This document shows, in pieces, positions 22,766 through 26,763 of a DNA stretch of 26,763 bases; within the stretch, counting starts at the first letter, position 1; each line of letters begins with the position of its first letter. The notes below the pieces were generated by a model. That model ran no database searches. It saw nothing but the letters and a program-made list of their open reading frames with translations, and was not told where the DNA came from. Origin of the DNA: Geosiphon pyriformis uo1 (taxonomy: Eukaryota; Fungi; Glomeromycota). A program made the position numbers and the translations under genes. The stretch covers positions 351,144-377,906 of the forward strand of contig JAAOMT010000183.1 of the NCBI GenBank assembly GCA_016748015.1, read 5' to 3'.

Positions 22766-23614
22766 ATGAATATCCTAAATTTTATCAAGAATAGGTCACC
22801 ATCCCTCTTTTTATTTTTTAAAAAGGGCTCCCTAACTAAAATACCTGCTAATCCCATTCCATCGTTTACTGATTCTAGCAAGAAAAATGATTCGGTTATT
22901 TCCTTAGAGATTAAGAATCTTATAGCTGATCAAAGAATAATCGGGAAAGCACCTCGAGTAAGAGCTTTTCAGAGATGGACCGTTGAAGAGAACACAGCTT
23001 TGATCGAGGCTCGAAGGCAAAATGGGTTATCATGGAAGATTATTGCTGAAAAATATTTCCCGGAGCGGACAATAGGTGCTTTAAGATTTCAATATTGTAA
23101 ACTCAAAAAGCAGAAGTTAGTAAACTCTGAAAGTTTTTATAATGGAGCTGTTAAGTGGACACCAAGGGAGGATATCGAACTCAGATCTGCAGTGGAAAAA
23201 TATGGCACAAGCAAAATTTCCTGGAAAGCTATATTATCGACAGGAATTTTTCCTGAAAAAAATGTTGCTCAGTTGAAGTATCGCTATTATAATATATTAC
23301 TATGTCCAAAGCATGGCAAATGGACTAAAGCAGAAGACGAGATATTAAAAATTTTGGTTAAAAAGTTTGGTAATCAATGGAGAAAAGTAAGCCATTTTCT
23401 TGAGAGACCTGCTCATAACATATATCGTCACTATATTACTTCTCTGGCTTCTGGGATTAAAAGAGGCCCTTGGACTGACGAAGAAAATCAAAATCTAATC
23501 AAAGGGTTGCAAGAATATGGAAAAGATTGGGAAAAAATAAAGAGATTAGTGCCAGGACGTCATTTGATCAAAATCAAAAAACGTTCTATGATTCACCAAA
23601 AATTAAACAGATAA
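22766..23614 (+). CDS. Myb/SANT repeat protein with 4 repeats, copy D (intact, intronless, 282 aa)
   Basis: Repeats RWTVEEN, KWTPRED, KWTKAED, PWTDEEN; clear paralog of copy A. Confidence 0.9.
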   Translation: MNILNFIKNRSPSLFLFFKKGSLTKIPANPIPSFTDSSKKNDSVISLEIKNLIADQRIIGKAPRVRAFQRWTVEENTALIEARRQNGLSWKIIAEKYFPERTIGALRFQYCKLKKQKLVNSESFYNGAVKWTPREDIELRSAVEKYGTSKISWKAILSTGIFPEKNVAQLKYRYYNILLCPKHGKWTKAEDEILKILVKKFGNQWRKVSHFLERPAHNIYRHYITSLASGIKRGPWTDEENQNLIKGLQEYGKDWEKIKRLVPGRHLIKIKKRSMIHQKLNR

Positions 23615-25354
23615 TAACCACATTAGGATATCCGAGCTAGTTAATATGAAGATTCAAAACATGTGTTATAGATAGATTCAATTACATTAGAAAATTTTAT
23701 TTTTCACGAAACTTTAGATTTAACAGATTAAAAAATAGAAGTCTCGTAATCAGGAGAATGGATTAAGTGGTTTACAAACAATAATCCTTTTTTTTGTCAC
23801 TCTGAGTTATACTACTTATAAACGCCCTAAAATAATTTTTTCAAGACGAGATACACGGGTGACTTCCATTCTTCCTAAGTTTAATTTGCTTTCGGATTAA
23901 CTGAATTTTCAAAATTATAATATTATTAATGCACATGATAATCAATGCAACAGTTAAAATCATAGGTAAAAAAAATTTTCACCTTTTTGGTTTTATTTGT
24001 TCATGTAAAAGAGAATAAATGAATAAAAAAATAATTAAAAAAAAACATTAATAGTAATTAAACTAAATAAAATTGTTAAATTACAATCTTCTTATTCATA
24101 TATTATATTTAAACCAACCAATGTATACTTACAACATTTTCAAAATCTTCAAATATTTTATATCAATAATAAATTTTTTTTATCAGAAATTATAAATAAC
24201 TTTATTTATAATAATTTTATTTATAAACATTAATTTAAATTTCATGAAAAACAATTTTTTATATCTATATTTTTAAATTTTAAATAAATAAATAAATAAA
24301 ATAAAATAATTAAATAGTTATAATACTCAATATTAATAAAAAACTTGCTTTTAATATATAATACCATCATTTTTATTAATATTGTTTCTCGGTTTAAAAA
24401 AGAAAACGTATCAACTCAATTTTAGATAGTCGATAAATTTATATTCATATAGAAATAAAAAAAGGATTTATAATCAATCTTTAAAAAAAAAAAAAAAAAA
24501 AGTCTTTAAAACCACAATCATTTTTTTAATAAAAAATAACCAAGATCGCTTGTGAATTTTTTCCTAAACATATCTTTTTTGAAATATTTCAATTCAAAAA
24601 ACGATGAAACTTTAATAAAAATCAGCTCACAAAAAATATATATATATATATATGTAATCCATAATCTCTGCTTTCCCTTGTTTTGTTTTGTTAAAGTTTT
24701 TGAAAGAAAAGTTAATCATTTTTTGTAACATTTTGTTTAAAAAAATAGGAAATAGGAAATAGAAAATCTAAATATAAGTTAAACACGGAATGTATTTCCT
24801 ATGAAAAATTAAAACATCAAAGTGTTTGAACAGATCTCTGATCTCTGCTCAGATTGAATATTATAAAATGTTTCAATAAATCTTTAACCAATCAAATGAT
24901 TATAATGAAAGTCAAATTGGATAGATTTTCACAGTAAATAAAAAGTCTTGCCAAATTTTGTCTTTAGTTAATTATATTGGGTATATGTTTCACAGTATGA
25001 AAATGAGGGGCTTACTTTGGTATGTTGTGCATGCGTATTTAGGCTAAATACAAAAACAGAAAGACAAAGTTACATAATAGTAATTTAGATAAGAGGTGAA
25101 AATAATTTACAAGGGTAGAATCAATGTATTAATCTATTATACATACAAATTAAATGAAAAATCGAAATTAGGGAGGATTAAATTACATGATTGATTGGAT
25201 TGATTGTTCGTGTGCGTTGTTATTTAATGTGTATAATGGGAATAATTGGGAAAGTTATCCTTTTCAATAAAGATGTTATCATTCAAAATGGTGGGGAATT
25301 GCGGAATATTAATTAAGGATTGTCCATTTGTTTCGTTAGCTTAATGATTGTCAA

Positions 25355-26557
25355 TTATACGGAGACCATTTCAGGTTTTGTTCGTTCCCATGCCAAATTC
25401 TTTATTTTTTTGGAGAGTAAAGGTGGAATTAAAAATAGTAATGAAACAAATAACATCTTCAAAAGTAATAATGGATCCCAAATATCGGCAGTTGATTGAA
25501 TTTCAGCAAGAATATTTCCTGCTTGACACGATGCAAAATTGTAAGGTATAGATCCAAAAAACATTGAAGCAAAGAATGGTCCAATAGGGATGTAGACTAG
25601 TGGTGAGCCAATATTTAGTAGCCTAGATACAAAAAAAAAAAATCAGAAAAATATAATGTTATCATTTATCACTTTATAGGATAACAAATTTCATTTTAAT
25701 CTTTGTTTATTTTTCTTTGACGATAACAAATAAAAAAACTTACCACCAAGGGGATAATGGAAACATTCGAATAAATAAAAGATAATAGAATAAATTGTCA
25801 CGATTTTCCTCAACTTGCTTTCGTAGGTATGAAAGTTTTTCGGATAAATAATATTCCGACATTGGTTGAGCGATAAATTTTCCCAGTAGATAGGCACCCG
25901 AAGCACCGATTGCCGTCAGCAGAGAAGTAATTATGGTTGCATTAATTGGACCATAAATGGCACCAGCAAGAATATTCTATTTTTTTGAAAAACAAAAGTA
26001 AAACGATATGAATGATTGATAAAAGGGAAAATCTAAAGTCAAATTCAAATTCAAATTCAAATTCTCATCAAAAGTTGGAGAATAAAGTTTAAACTTACAA
26101 GAAAGATAGCACCAGGTACCGAGAAGGCTTGTTTCCATATGTAAATTAAACAAAAAACGGCTAATATGTGAACGTATCCTTGCCATGTTTCCGTTGAATA
26201 ATCCTCCAATATTATTGCGATTTGTTTAACGTTTTCGATTGAAGTTGGATGTGAAAGATTTGGTATTGTTCTGGCTAATTGATATATACCGAATAACCAG
26301 AATAAAGCACAAGTTATAATGAAAAGAAATCGAAGAGAAACATTTAAAGTTGAGACTGAAGTTGTCTTTTGTGACTTTGAATATATTTGTTGGGTTTTTA
26401 GAGTTACTAATGTTGGAAGTTTAAATTCTGTAGAATCATCGTCGAAGGGAATTTCGATAGCAGAATCAGTTGGAGATGATAATAAAAGTTTTTCATCTTC
26501 TGGTATATTTGCCGTTGAGCTACGACGAGCTGAGGCAATAGTTAATTTAAGAGGCAT
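25355..26557 (-). CDS. TMEM41-like VTT/DedA (SNARE-associated Golgi protein) family membrane protein, 3 exons, 319 aa
   Basis: Exons 26557-26099, 25976-25744, 25622-25355 (960 nt, phases 0 and 2, GTAAGT..TAG introns). Motifs YIWKQAFSVPGAIFL|NILAGAIYG, FIRMFPLSPWWLLNIGSP and FFGSIPYNF are typical of TMEM41A/B. Confidence 0.92.
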
Positions 26558-26715
26558 TTTTGACGAGGGAAATAAAATAGGTTGAAGAAATGATGAGAAA
26601 CTGATAAATTTGGAATATATATATATATTTACGTCTGGAGAAATAATTAATAATCCTATTTTTCGGAATAAATTTGTTGATTATTCTCCCCGATCAAAAA
26701 AGTCTCTGTATTTTA

Positions 26716-26717
<2 letters not shown>

Positions 26718-26762
<45 letters not shown>
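26718..26762. repeat. Poly(T) homopolymer, ~45 nt
   Basis: Directly visible at the window end. Confidence 0.95.

Positions 26763-26763
<1 letters not shown>

Larger units (their letters stand above)
15948..23614. repeat. Large inverted segmental duplication: arms ~15948-18676 and ~21573-23614
   Basis: 16780-17175 is the reverse complement of 22414-22809, and 18004-18562 of 21665-22223. The ORF track shows identical mirror-image peptides in both arms. Confidence 0.85.
21465..23820 (+). repeat. Tandem duplication with ~1.2-kb unit (upstream region + Myb gene + downstream region)
   Basis: 21465-21573 matches 22658-22766 (ggaagccaaagatccaatg...aatcaATG). 22310-22530 matches 23550-23770, fading by ~23820. 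Confidence 0.9.

Noticed and set aside
15862-22766. Short ORFs 15862..16101, 16098..16292, 16823..17026, 16851..17063, 18098..18349, 20760..21026, 21878..22129, 22526..22738, 22563..22766
   Set aside because: These are antisense shadows of the Myb/Tc1 sequences or non-ATG ORFs in duplicated upstream DNA. Their identical peptides reflect DNA duplication, not coding constraint.
25348-26585. ORFs 25348..25551, 25691..25906, 25977..26186, 26319..26585
   Set aside because: Off-frame or antisense overlaps of the spliced TMEM41-like gene.

Overview
AT-rich eukaryotic scaffold with four N-gaps. It most resembles an arbuscular mycorrhizal (Glomeromycotina) fungal nuclear genome; this is inferred from the short GTAAGT..AG introns, an HxDLHxGN-type kinase and a Crinkler-like fragment. 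In order, the window holds: the 3' end of a GHTKF-motif transposase-like ORF; a hidden intronless 329-codon HAD-superfamily ORF (548-1537) that is open only if TGA=Trp, a candidate Mollicutes-endobacterium (MRE)-derived segment; Ty3/Gypsy RT-RNaseH and hAT relics degraded almost entirely by C>T/G>A transitions; a 7-exon beta-repeat (DUF4097/adhesin-like) gene with one frameshift; a kinase pseudogene; four intronless 4-repeat Myb genes (two intact, two pseudogenes) in two tandem pairs facing outwards around a Tc1/mariner relic, with mosaic exchange between copies; and a 3-exon TMEM41-like (VTT/DedA) gene. All translations and alignments were done by eye; no database searches were run.
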